Source of the DNA: Escherichia coli
GTDB taxonomy: Bacteria > Pseudomonadota > Gammaproteobacteria > Enterobacterales > Enterobacteriaceae
DNA: 14,750 bases
Assembly (NCBI RefSeq): GCF_003334315.1
Contig: NZ_QOWR01000077.1
Direction: 5' to 3' (one strand)
The notes beneath the pieces were generated by a model. It did not search any database, was not told where the DNA came from, and saw nothing but the letters and a program-made list of their open reading frames with translations. Both the position numbers and the translations under genes were made by a program. Of this stretch, positions 1 through 9,390 are shown piece after piece. Positions within the stretch are counted from its first letter, which is position 1. Each line of letters begins with the position of its first letter.

Positions 1-375
1 GACGAACAGTGGGGCTACGTCGGTGCTAAATCACGTCAGCGCTGGCTGTTTTACGCGTATGACAGGATACGGAGGACAGTTGTGGCGCACGTTTTCGGTG
101 AACGCACTATGGCGACGCTGGGGCGTCTTATGAGCCTGCTGTCACCCTTTGACGTGGTGATATGGATGACGGATGGCTGGCCGCTGTATGAATCCCGCCT
201 GAAGGGAAAGCTGCACGTAATCAGCAAGCGATATACGCAGCGAATTGAGCGGCATAACCTGAATCTGAGGCAGCACCTGGCACGGCTGGGACGGAAGTCG
301 CTGTCGTTCTCAAAATCGGTGGAGCTGCATGACAAAGTCATCGGGCATTATCTGAACATAAAACACTATCAATAA
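1..375 (+). CDS. insB: IS1 transposase InsB, C-terminal part (5' end outside window; normally made as an InsA-InsB fusion by -1 frameshift)
   Basis: Frame 1 from nt 1 reads [67 protein letters not shown]...HYLNIKHYQ*, with the stop at 373-375. The ORF track entry 82..375 is the same frame starting at an internal GTG. Confidence 0.9.
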   Translation, partial: DEQWGYVGAKSRQRWLFYAYDRIRRTVVAHVFGERTMATLGRLMSLLSPFDVVIWMTDGWPLYESRLKGKLHVISKRYTQRIERHNLNLRQHLARLGRKSLSFSKSVELHDKVIGHYLNIKHYQ

Positions 376-390
376 GTTGGAGTCATTACC
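1..390 (+). mobile_element. IS1: IS1 insertion sequence, 3' portion only (right terminus at 390; the rest of the element lies upstream of the window)
   Basis: Sequence ends ...AAACACTATCAATAAGTTGGAGTCATTACC at 361-390, which matches the IS1 right terminal inverted repeat as I recall it. The whole stretch translates in frame as the C-terminal part of InsB. The last ~286 bp are identical to the reverse complement of the IS1 copy at 14298-14583. Confidence 0.93.
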
Positions 391-442
391 TTAAAGCGAT
401 TGTAAGCTAATGTATGTAATAAATGAGATAATTTACAGTAAG

Positions 443-478
443 CTAAAAATCAGCCAGGCGATAATGACCTGGCTGATA
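443..478 (-). terminator. Rho-independent terminator directly downstream of the yeaH stop
   Basis: Perfect 10-bp stem ATCAGCCAGG (449-458) / CCTGGCTGAT (468-477) with a 9-nt loop. On the minus-strand RNA it is followed by UUUU (plus-strand A-run 445-448). It starts 4 nt after the yeaH stop codon (482-484). Confidence 0.7.
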
Positions 479-481
479 GTT

Positions 482-1777
<1,296 letters not shown>

Positions 1778-1877
1778 CTACATTTGCCAACTGTATGCTA
1801 CGCCTGTGTTGCCGCTTCTCAGGCCCACGGTTCGCTGTCGTTGTAGGCCCAGTAACATGTGTACCGGGCCAGGGTTG

Positions 1878-3812
1878 TTAAGACGATTTACGTACGCGCA
1901 AATACCATTCGCACAGTAAACGCACCTGTTTACGGGTGTAGCCTTTTTCCATCATACGGTCGACAAAGTCGTCGTGTTTCTTCTGCTCGTCGGTTGACGT
2001 TTTGGCGTTAAACGAGATAACCGGCAACAGCTCCTCGGTATTGGAGAACATTTTCTTCTCGATGACCGTGCGCAGTTTTTCATAGCTGGTCCAGTTCGGA
2101 TTGCGTCCGCTGTTATTCGCTCTGGCGCGCAGTACGAAGTTAACAATCTCGTTGCGGAAATCTTTTGGATTACTGATCCCCGCCGGTTTCTCGATTTTCT
2201 CCAGCTCGGCGTTAAGAGACTCGCGGTCAAACAGCTGCCCGGTATCCGGATCGCGATACTCCTGATCCTGAATCCAGAAATCCGCGTAGGTAACATAACG
2301 GTCGAAAATGTTTTGCCCATATTCGGAATAGGATTCAAGGTAGGCCGTCTGGATCTCTTTGCCGATAAACTCGGCATATTTCGGGATCAGATAACCTTTC
2401 AGGAACTCCAGATAGCGTTCTGCCTGCTCTTGTGGGAACTGCTCGCGCTCAATCTGCTGTTCCAGGACGTAGAACAGATGGACCGGGTTTGCTGCCACTT
2501 CTACATGAGCGAAGTTGAACACGCGGGAGAGGATCTTAAACGCAAAACGCGTCGACAGACCGTTCATCCCTTCATCGACACCGGCGTAGTCACGATATTC
2601 CTGATACGACTTGGCTTTGGGATCGGTGTCTTTCAGACTTTCGCCATCATAAACCCGCATCTTTGAATAAATGCTGGAGTTTTCTGGCTCTTTCAGGCGC
2701 GAAAGAATGGAAAAACGTGACAGTGTTTCGAGCGTGCCAGGGGCGCATGGGGCGTGAGTCAATTCACTGTGATTAAGCAATTTCTCGTAGATTTTGATCT
2801 CTTCGGAAATGCGCAAGCAATACGGCACCTTCACGATGTAAACACGATCGAGGAAGGCTTCGTTGTTTTTGTTATTACGGAAAGTGACCCATTCGGACTC
2901 GTTCGAGTGTGCGAGAATAATCCCGTTGAACGGCAGGGCGGAGATACCTTCCGTCCCGTTGTAGTTACCTTCCTGAGTGGCGGTTAACAAGGGATGCAGC
3001 ACTTTAATCGGTGCTTTAAACATCTCAACGAATTCCATGATCCCCTGATTGGCGCGGCACAGCGCACCGGAATAGCCGTAGGCGTCCGGGTCATTCTGCG
3101 CGTAGTGTTCGAGTTTACGAATATCGACTTTCCCAACCAGCGCGGAGATGTCCTGGTTGTTCTCATCGCCGGGTTCCGTTTTGGCGATAGCAATTTGTTG
3201 CAGAATTGACGGCCAGACCTTCACTACCCGGAACTTAGTGATATCGCCACCAAATTCATGCAGGCGTTTTGCCGCCCACGGCGACATGATGGTGCCGAGA
3301 TAACGGCGAGGAATGCCATACTCTTTTTCCAGAATCTGCGCATCTTCCTGCGGATTGAAAAGACAGAACGGATGATCGTTGACCGGGCTACGCTCACCGT
3401 TCGCGCTCAATACATAAATCGGTACGAGCTGCATTAATGATTTCAGTCGCTCAGCAAGCGATGATTTACCCCCACCCACAGGCCCCAGCAGATACAGGAT
3501 TTGTTTCTTCTCTTCCAGCCCCTGAGCCGCGTGTTTCAGATAAGAGACAATCTGTTCAATCGCGTCTTCCATGCCGTAAAACTCTTCAAACGCCGGATAA
3601 CGTGCAATGACCCGGTTAGAAAAGAGTCGAGAAAGTCTGGGTTCCTGGGCTGTATCGACCATGACAGGCTCACCGATAGCCATCAATAGCCGCTCAGCCG
3701 CGTTGGCATAAGCACTGCGATCTTGCCGACAAGTGGTAAGAAACTCCTGCAGTGTGAACTCTTCGTCCTTGGCAGCTTCATATCGCTGGCGATAGTGATC
3801 GAATATATTCAT
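1878..3812 (-). CDS. yeaG: YeaG, PrkA-family serine protein kinase with an AAA-type ATPase fold
   Basis: 644-aa ORF beginning MNIFDHYRQRYEAAKDEEFTLQEFL, with a Walker A motif GPVGGGKSS. Length and sequence match my recollection of E. coli YeaG. An AAGGA SD sits ~8 nt upstream of the ATG. Confidence 0.95.
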   Translation of the reverse strand: MNIFDHYRQRYEAAKDEEFTLQEFLTTCRQDRSAYANAAERLLMAIGEPVMVDTAQEPRLSRLFSNRVIARYPAFEEFYGMEDAIEQIVSYLKHAAQGLEEKKQILYLLGPVGGGKSSLAERLKSLMQLVPIYVLSANGERSPVNDHPFCLFNPQEDAQILEKEYGIPRRYLGTIMSPWAAKRLHEFGGDITKFRVVKVWPSILQQIAIAKTEPGDENNQDISALVGKVDIRKLEHYAQNDPDAYGYSGALCRANQGIMEFVEMFKAPIKVLHPLLTATQEGNYNGTEGISALPFNGIILAHSNESEWVTFRNNKNNEAFLDRVYIVKVPYCLRISEEIKIYEKLLNHSELTHAPCAPGTLETLSRFSILSRLKEPENSSIYSKMRVYDGESLKDTDPKAKSYQEYRDYAGVDEGMNGLSTRFAFKILSRVFNFAHVEVAANPVHLFYVLEQQIEREQFPQEQAERYLEFLKGYLIPKYAEFIGKEIQTAYLESYSEYGQNIFDRYVTYADFWIQDQEYRDPDTGQLFDRESLNAELEKIEKPAGISNPKDFRNEIVNFVLRARANNSGRNPNWTSYEKLRTVIEKKMFSNTEELLPVISFNAKTSTDEQKKHDDFVDRMMEKGYTRKQVRLLCEWYLRVRKSS

Positions 3813-3915
3813 GGTATGCCGTCCTTTCGTTTTTTAGCACAGGTTAAGAGCCGTTCATATGAATAGTAGAGGCTCCCGGAAGAGGTAAACTGAACGACGT
3901 CTCTTGCTAAAACAC

Positions 3916-3931
3916 AGCAACTCTCATGCCA
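3916..3931 (-). promoter_or_regulatory. Candidate sigma54 (RpoN) -24/-12 promoter for yeaG-yeaH
   Basis: Minus strand reads 5'-TGGCATGAGAGTTGCT-3' (reverse complement of 3916-3931), matching the TGGCAC-N5-TTGCW consensus with the GG and GC dinucleotides correctly spaced. The predicted start is near plus-coordinate 3905, about 90 nt upstream of the yeaG ATG. Confidence 0.55.
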
Positions 3932-4247
3932 TTTTATCGACGATGAGAACAACGTGCCCGGTGATACACCTTCAAAATTAAGCGTAGATGGCAAATGGAA
4001 AACTTGCCTGCACGGCTTTCTTAATTTCAATGGCATATCAACAACTCATCCATAAATTTTGCATAATTAATGTAAAGACCAGGCTCGCCAGTAACGCTAA
4101 ATTCATTTGGCTGTAAGCGCGGTGTCATCCGCGTCAGGAAAATTAAACAGTTACTTTAAAAAATGAAAACGTAAAAAGGTTGGGTTTCGATGTATTGACG
4201 GGTAAACTTTGTCGCCCGCTAAACATTTGTTTAAGGAATGATTAATT

Positions 4248-4994
4248 GTGACCAAACTCAAACTTCTGGCACTTGGAGTGCTTATCGCAACGTCTGCAGG
4301 CGTAGCGCACGCTGAAGGTAAATTTTCCCTGGGCGCAGGCGTAGGTGTCGTTGAACACCCATATAAAGATTACGATACCGATGTTTACCCAGTACCGGTA
4401 ATCAACTATGAAGGCGATAACTTCTGGTTCCGTGGCTTAGGTGGTGGTTACTACCTGTGGAATGACGCAACGGATAAACTTTCAATTACCGCTTACTGGT
4501 CGCCGCTTTACTTCAAAGCGAAAGACAGTGGCGATCACCAAATGCGTCACCTGGATGACCGTAAGAGCACCATGATGGCTGGTCTGTCTTATGCTCACTT
4601 TACCCAGTACGGTTACCTGCGTACCACCCTGGCTGGCGATACCCTGGATAACAGCAACGGCATCGTCTGGGATATGGCCTGGTTGTATCGTTACACCAAC
4701 GGTGGCCTGACCGTGACTCCGGGTATTGGTGTGCAGTGGAACAGCGAAAACCAGAACGAATACTATTATGGCGTATCGCGCAAAGAGTCCGCTCGCAGCG
4801 GTCTGCGTGGCTATAACCCGAACGACAGCTGGAGCCCTTACCTGGAGCTGAGCGCCAGCTACAACTTCCTCGGCGACTGGAGTGTTTACGGTACCGCACG
4901 CTACACCCGTCTGTCTGATGAAGTTACTGACAGCCCGATGGTGGATAAATCCTGGACTGGCCTGATTTCTACCGGGATCACCTACAAATTCTGA
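4248..4994 (+). CDS. mipA: MipA, MltA-interacting outer-membrane scaffold protein (OmpV/MipA family)
   Basis: 248-aa ORF starting at GTG 4248 (MTKLKLLALGVLIATSAGVAHA-EGK, a typical signal peptide). Length and sequence match MipA as I recall it. AAGGA SD at 4234-4238. Confidence 0.93.
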   Translation: MTKLKLLALGVLIATSAGVAHAEGKFSLGAGVGVVEHPYKDYDTDVYPVPVINYEGDNFWFRGLGGGYYLWNDATDKLSITAYWSPLYFKAKDSGDHQMRHLDDRKSTMMAGLSYAHFTQYGYLRTTLAGDTLDNSNGIVWDMAWLYRYTNGGLTVTPGIGVQWNSENQNEYYYGVSRKESARSGLRGYNPNDSWSPYLELSASYNFLGDWSVYGTARYTRLSDEVTDSPMVDKSWTGLISTGITYKF

Positions 4995-5023
4995 TAATGC
5001 ATCTTTCCAGGGCATTTTGTGCA

Positions 5024-5051
5024 TAAAAACAGGGCGTCACGCCCTGTTTTG
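5024..5051 (+). terminator. Rho-independent terminator downstream of mipA
   Basis: Stem CAGGGCG (5030-5036) / CGCCCTG (5040-5046) with loop TCA, followed by TTTT (5047-5050). An A-run precedes the stem, so it looks bidirectional. Confidence 0.7.
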
Positions 5052-5083
5052 CATTACGGTGGTGCAATACCTGGGAGGAAACA

Positions 5084-5938
5084 ATGCAACAAAAAATGAT
5101 TCAATTTAGTGGCGATGTCTCACTGCCAGCCATAGGGCAGGGAACATGGTATATGGGCGAAGATGCCAGTAAGTGTAAAACAGAAGTTGCTGCACTACGC
5201 GCGGGCATTGAGCTCGGTTTAACCCTCATTGATACCGCCGAAATGTATGCCGATGGTGGTGCCGAAAAGGTGGTTGGGGAAGCATTAACCGGTCTGCGTG
5301 ATAACGTCTTTCTCGTCTCTAAAGTCTATCCGTGGAATGCTGGCGGGCAAAAAGCGATAAATGCATGCGAAGCCAGTTTACGCCGTCTCAATACTGATTA
5401 TCTCGATCTCTACTTATTACACTGGTCTGGCAGTTTCGCTTTTGAAGAGACTGTCGCAGCGATGGAAAAATTGATCGCCCAGGGAAAAATCCGCCGCTGG
5501 GGCGTTTCGAACCTTGATTATGCTGATATGCAGGAACTCTGGCAGCTGCCGGGGGGAAATCAGTGTGCCACTAATCAGGTGCTTTACCATCTCGGTTCAC
5601 GAGGGATTGAGTACGATCTACTCCCCTGGTGCCAGCAACAGCAGATGCCGGTGATGGCTTACAGTCCGTTAGCCCAGGCCGGGCGGTTGCGCAATGGACT
5701 GTTAAAAAACGCGGTAGTCAACGAAATTGCACATGCTCACAATATCAGCGCGGCGCAAGTATTGTTGGCGTGGGTAATCAGCCATCAGGGTGTGATGGCG
5801 ATTCCAAAAGCGGCCACGATTGCCCATGTCCAACAGAATGCGGCTGTGCTTGAGGTCGAACTTTCGTCAGCGGAATTAGCCATGCTGGACAAAGCGTATC
5901 CGGCACCAAAAGGAAAAACTGCGCTGGATATGGTGTGA
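5084..5938 (+). CDS. yeaE: YeaE, aldo-keto reductase (NADPH-dependent methylglyoxal reductase family)
   Basis: 284-aa ORF, the length I recall for YeaE. Strong SD GGGAGGA 6-12 nt upstream of the ATG. Confidence 0.93.
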   Translation: MQQKMIQFSGDVSLPAIGQGTWYMGEDASKCKTEVAALRAGIELGLTLIDTAEMYADGGAEKVVGEALTGLRDNVFLVSKVYPWNAGGQKAINACEASLRRLNTDYLDLYLLHWSGSFAFEETVAAMEKLIAQGKIRRWGVSNLDYADMQELWQLPGGNQCATNQVLYHLGSRGIEYDLLPWCQQQQMPVMAYSPLAQAGRLRNGLLKNAVVNEIAHAHNISAAQVLLAWVISHQGVMAIPKAATIAHVQQNAAVLEVELSSAELAMLDKAYPAPKGKTALDMV

Positions 5939-5947
5939 TGTTGATAC

Positions 5948-5972
5948 GTGCCGGATGCATCGCACCCGGCAC
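5948..5972. terminator. Hairpin in the convergent yeaE / yeaD 3' intergenic region (weak terminator candidate)
   Basis: GTGCCGG (5948-5954) pairs with CCGGCAC (5966-5972) around an 11-nt loop. There is no clear U-tract on either strand, so this is a structural call only. Confidence 0.3.
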
Positions 5973-5988
5973 ACAACATTGACGCAAA

Positions 5989-6873
5989 TTAACGTTTGGC
6001 AACGCGAATGGATTGCGCCAGATGTGCAGGTTTTTCTTTGGTCACTTTTTGCATTTCTGAGGCGTAAGCTGTTTCTACACAAACAAAGGTCTTGTAGCCA
6101 TCGTCCGGCATGTCGCCCATGCTAACTGAAAGCGCCGGTCCCGGGTTCCAGCCTACAACGTTCAGATGATGCTGGTGGCCTACGGCGATAATACGATTCA
6201 GCGCTTCATCATTAATCACGCTGCAATCTTGCGGATTCAGATACACGCGATCGGTACGGTCAGGGAAGGTCTGAATACCGTCGGTCAGTACATCTTCTTT
6301 CGCGTCATTTACTTTATCAATGAAGCGATCGCCCAGCCCACTGACGCTTACCTTAGCGATATCACCCACGTTAAAGTAGGTATGCAGGGCAGAGGTGGTT
6401 TCAAATTCGCCGTGTGCTTCAAGATCGATTTCACAGGTTTTACCCACGCGGAAATGCGCTAACAGAGTAAAGTCGTGCGGCCAGAATTTTTTCGTCTCTT
6501 CGCTTTGTGTCAATTCAAAAGTCAGCGCTACGCCATTAGCATCTTCACGATGTGATTTCAGCGTCCACGGCAGGTTGCGGGCAAAACCGTGCGCAGGCAG
6601 GCCTTGTTGTGCCGCCGGACCAAACCACGGCCAGCAAACCGGTACGCCACCGCGAATAGCGATGCCATTTTTGAACGGTGTGTTGTTGCTCAACCACAGA
6701 ACTTCTTCTTCACCCGCAGGTTTCCACGAGAGAAGGTGTGCGCCCTGTAATGCAAAAGAGGCTTTTACCTGGGGATGATCGACCACAATGAGGTCCAGTT
6801 CATCCAGTTTACGACGGGAGAGGACAGGGGAGATTTGTTCGATGACCGGAAGGGCAAAAATTTTCTTAATCAT
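5989..6873 (-). CDS. yeaD: YeaD, putative D-hexose-6-phosphate mutarotase (glucose-6-phosphate 1-epimerase family)
   Basis: ORF track gives 301 aa from ATG 6894. I place the start at the internal ATG 6873 (MIKKIFALPV..., 294 aa), which matches YeaD as I recall it and has an AAAGGA SD 7 nt upstream. Confidence 0.88.
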   Translation of the reverse strand: MIKKIFALPVIEQISPVLSRRKLDELDLIVVDHPQVKASFALQGAHLLSWKPAGEEEVLWLSNNTPFKNGIAIRGGVPVCWPWFGPAAQQGLPAHGFARNLPWTLKSHREDANGVALTFELTQSEETKKFWPHDFTLLAHFRVGKTCEIDLEAHGEFETTSALHTYFNVGDIAKVSVSGLGDRFIDKVNDAKEDVLTDGIQTFPDRTDRVYLNPQDCSVINDEALNRIIAVGHQHHLNVVGWNPGPALSVSMGDMPDDGYKTFVCVETAYASEMQKVTKEKPAHLAQSIRVAKR

Positions 6874-6904
6874 GACGCAGTCCTTTAACTTCATTTTATC
6901 AGGT

Positions 6905-6935
6905 AAAAAAAAGAGCGACCGAAGTCGCTCTTTTT
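6905..6935 (-). terminator. Rho-independent terminator of gapA, looks bidirectional
   Basis: Minus-strand RNA reads AAAAAGAGCGAC-UUCG-GUCGCUCUUUUUUUU: an 8-bp GC-rich stem with a UUCG tetraloop and a long U-tract, 22 nt after the gapA stop. The plus strand carries the mirror A-run/T-run. Confidence 0.8.
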
Positions 6936-6956
6936 AGATCACAGTGTCATCTCAAC

Positions 6957-7964
<1,008 letters not shown>

Positions 7965-8159
7965 CTATTTGTTAGTGAATAAAAGGTTGCCTGTAAAATT
8001 ACAAAAACCTTACGCAGCGTCAAGCGGAATCGTGTCAATCATTGCGACAAATCAATCCTGTGCCTAAGCATTACGCGACTGACTCGCCTCACTCTTCCTT
8101 TGGGCTTGAAACCACATGGGGTCGGCGCCCCGAATTTTAAAGGGCAATTACGATAAAAA

Positions 8160-8175
8160 TGTGATTTTCATCACG
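8160..8175. promoter_or_regulatory. CRP-like binding site in the gapA / msrB divergent intergenic region
   Basis: TGTGA-TTTTCA-TCACG at 8160-8175 matches the CRP core consensus TGTGA-N6-TCACA at 9 of 10 positions. It lies ~215 bp upstream of the gapA ATG and ~120 bp upstream of the msrB ATG. Confidence 0.4.
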
Positions 8176-8242
8176 ATTTAGGTGCAGCCATTTCGTCGAG
8201 ATCAAGTTTAGGACAAAATTTTGCCAGTTGGTGTTAATGTTT

Positions 8243-8251
8243 TGTTAGAAT
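8243..8251 (+). promoter_or_regulatory. Candidate extended -10 promoter element for msrB
   Basis: TGTTAGAAT at 8243-8251 (TGn + TAGAAT, 5 of 6 to TATAAT), ~43 nt upstream of the msrB ATG. A TTGCCA -35-like hexamer at 8221-8226 is 19 bp away, which is a suboptimal spacer. Confidence 0.35.
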
Positions 8252-8293
8252 CAGTCACGTAATGTGAGCACGATTAAAGTGAGATGTGAGCAA

Positions 8294-8707
8294 ATGGCTA
8301 ATAAACCTTCGGCAGAAGAACTGAAAAAAAATTTGTCCGAGATGCAGTTTTACGTGACGCAGAATCATGGGACAGAACCGCCATTTACGGGTCGTTTACT
8401 GCATAACAAGCGTGACGGCGTATATCACTGTTTGATCTGCGATGCCCCGCTGTTTCATTCCGAAACCAAGTATGATTCCGGCTGTGGCTGGCCCAGTTTC
8501 TACGAACCGGTGAGTGAAGAATCCATTCGTTATATCAAAGACTTGTCACATGGAATGCAGCGCATAGAAATTCGTTGCGGTAACTGTGATGCCCATCTGG
8601 GGCATGTCTTCCCTGACGGGCCGCAGCCAACGGGCGAACGTTATTGTGTTAACTCTGCCTCTTTACGCTTTACCGATGGCGAAAACGGCGAAGAAATCAA
8701 CGGTTGA
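8294..8707 (+). CDS. msrB: Peptide methionine-(R)-sulfoxide reductase MsrB
   Basis: ORF track gives 147 aa from 8264. I place the start at ATG 8294 ([33 protein letters not shown]..., 137 aa). It carries the two CxxC zinc motifs (CLIC, CGNC) and the catalytic Cys context RYCVNSASL. Confidence 0.95.
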   Translation: MANKPSAEELKKNLSEMQFYVTQNHGTEPPFTGRLLHNKRDGVYHCLICDAPLFHSETKYDSGCGWPSFYEPVSEESIRYIKDLSHGMQRIEIRCGNCDAHLGHVFPDGPQPTGERYCVNSASLRFTDGENGEEING

Positions 8708-8748
8708 AAAAACGATTCAGCAACTTATTCCACAGGAGCGGAAAAATT

Positions 8749-9021
8749 ATGAATCTTGATGACATTATCAACAGCATGACGCCTGAGGTATACCAGCGTT
8801 TGTCGACCGCCGTTGAACTGGGGAAATGGCCCGATGGCGTTGCGTTGACCGAGGAACAAAAAGAGAACTGCCTGCAACTGGTGATGCTGTGGCAAGCCCG
8901 CCATAATACCGAAGCACAGCATATGACAATTGACACAAATGGTCAGATGGTCATGAAGAGCAAACAGCAGTTAAAAGAAGATTTTGGTATCTCAGCAAAG
9001 CCTATTGCCATGTTTAAGTAA
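8749..9021 (+). CDS. yeaC: YeaC, DUF1315 family small protein
   Basis: ORF track gives 105 aa from 8704. I place the start at ATG 8749 (MNLDDIINSMTPEVYQRL..., 90 aa) with SD CAGGAG at 8733-8738. It lies 41 bp downstream of msrB on the same strand. Confidence 0.9.
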   Translation: MNLDDIINSMTPEVYQRLSTAVELGKWPDGVALTEEQKENCLQLVMLWQARHNTEAQHMTIDTNGQMVMKSKQQLKEDFGISAKPIAMFK

Positions 9022-9027
9022 GTGGTT

Positions 9028-9060
9028 TATCCCCTTTTTGCCGCGGTTATAAAGGGGATA
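9028..9060. other. Perfect 10-bp hairpin directly after the yeaC stop, with no U-tract
   Basis: TATCCCCTTT (9028-9037) pairs with AAAGGGGATA (9051-9060) around a 13-nt loop that contains the palindrome CCGCGG. Neither strand has a following T-run. Confidence 0.45.
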
Positions 9061-9255
9061 GCCAACAATGACCCCACGACTCATCTCAATTATCTCGCCA
9101 TGACCTGGCTAAGTCCCAGTCCGATCTCTTGCCGTCGCGTTCACGCCTGAATGACTTCTCCTGAACTTAAGTCTCAGACCTATTTGGCCGGTAATCCCTC
9201 TCGAATTTGCTCTTTTTGCGTTCCGCCTTCCACCAACCTGTAACAGACCCAGCCA

Positions 9256-9315
9256 TTTTCTGCGTAATTGTGATCTAAGTTGTAAAACGCAGATCATTAT
9301 CTGTGTTTTGCAGAT
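9256..9315. promoter_or_regulatory. Cluster of overlapping dyad symmetries (TCTGYR / YRCAGA half-sites) upstream of ydjL; candidate operator or activator site
   Basis: Half-sites TCTGCG (9260-9265, plus), CGCAGA (9288-9293), TCTGTG (9301-9306) and TGCAGA (9309-9314). They include the 26-bp near-palindrome AAAACGCAGAT-CATT-ATCTGTGTTTT (9284-9309) with 10 of 11 arm matches. The cluster sits just upstream of a TTGACC hexamer at 9322-9327. Confidence 0.3.
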
Positions 9316-9321
9316 TTAATG

Positions 9322-9350
9322 TTGACCTCAAAAATCATGTGGGTAAGTAT
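9322..9350 (+). promoter_or_regulatory. Candidate sigma70 promoter for the ydjL operon (good -35, weak -10)
   Basis: TTGACC at 9322-9327, a 17-bp spacer, then AAGTAT at 9345-9350 (3 of 6 to TATAAT). The ydjL ATG is at 9391 with SD AGAGGA at 9377-9382. The weak -10 would fit an activator-dependent promoter. Confidence 0.25.
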
Positions 9351-9390
9351 GATGGCCATCTAAGCAAAACAAAACACAGAGGATGACGCA

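Noticed and set aside
3809-4036. 75-aa minus-strand ORF in the yeaG / mipA divergent promoter region
   Set aside because: It would overlap the yeaG start and the predicted sigma54 promoter and 5' UTR. No SD, so probably a chance ORF in a regulatory region.
3950-4150. NtrC enhancer sites upstream of the sigma54 element
   Set aside because: I looked for TGCACC-N5-GGTGCA-type dyads and found only isolated GCAC / GTGC fragments with wrong spacing. A matrix scan is needed.
4482-5024. 180-aa minus-strand ORF antisense to mipA (and the nested 99-aa ORF at 4600..4899)
   Set aside because: Overlaps mipA on the opposite strand, with no supporting signals.
9269-9284. Possible CRP site TGTGA-N6-TTGTA upstream of ydjL
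   Set aside because: Only the left half matches the consensus; the right half matches at 2 of 5 positions. Not reported as a feature.
9109-9297. 62-aa arginine-rich minus-strand ORF in the yeaC-ydjL spacer
   Set aside because: No ribosome-binding site and an Arg-rich low-complexity translation typical of a random frame. It overlaps the proposed operator region.
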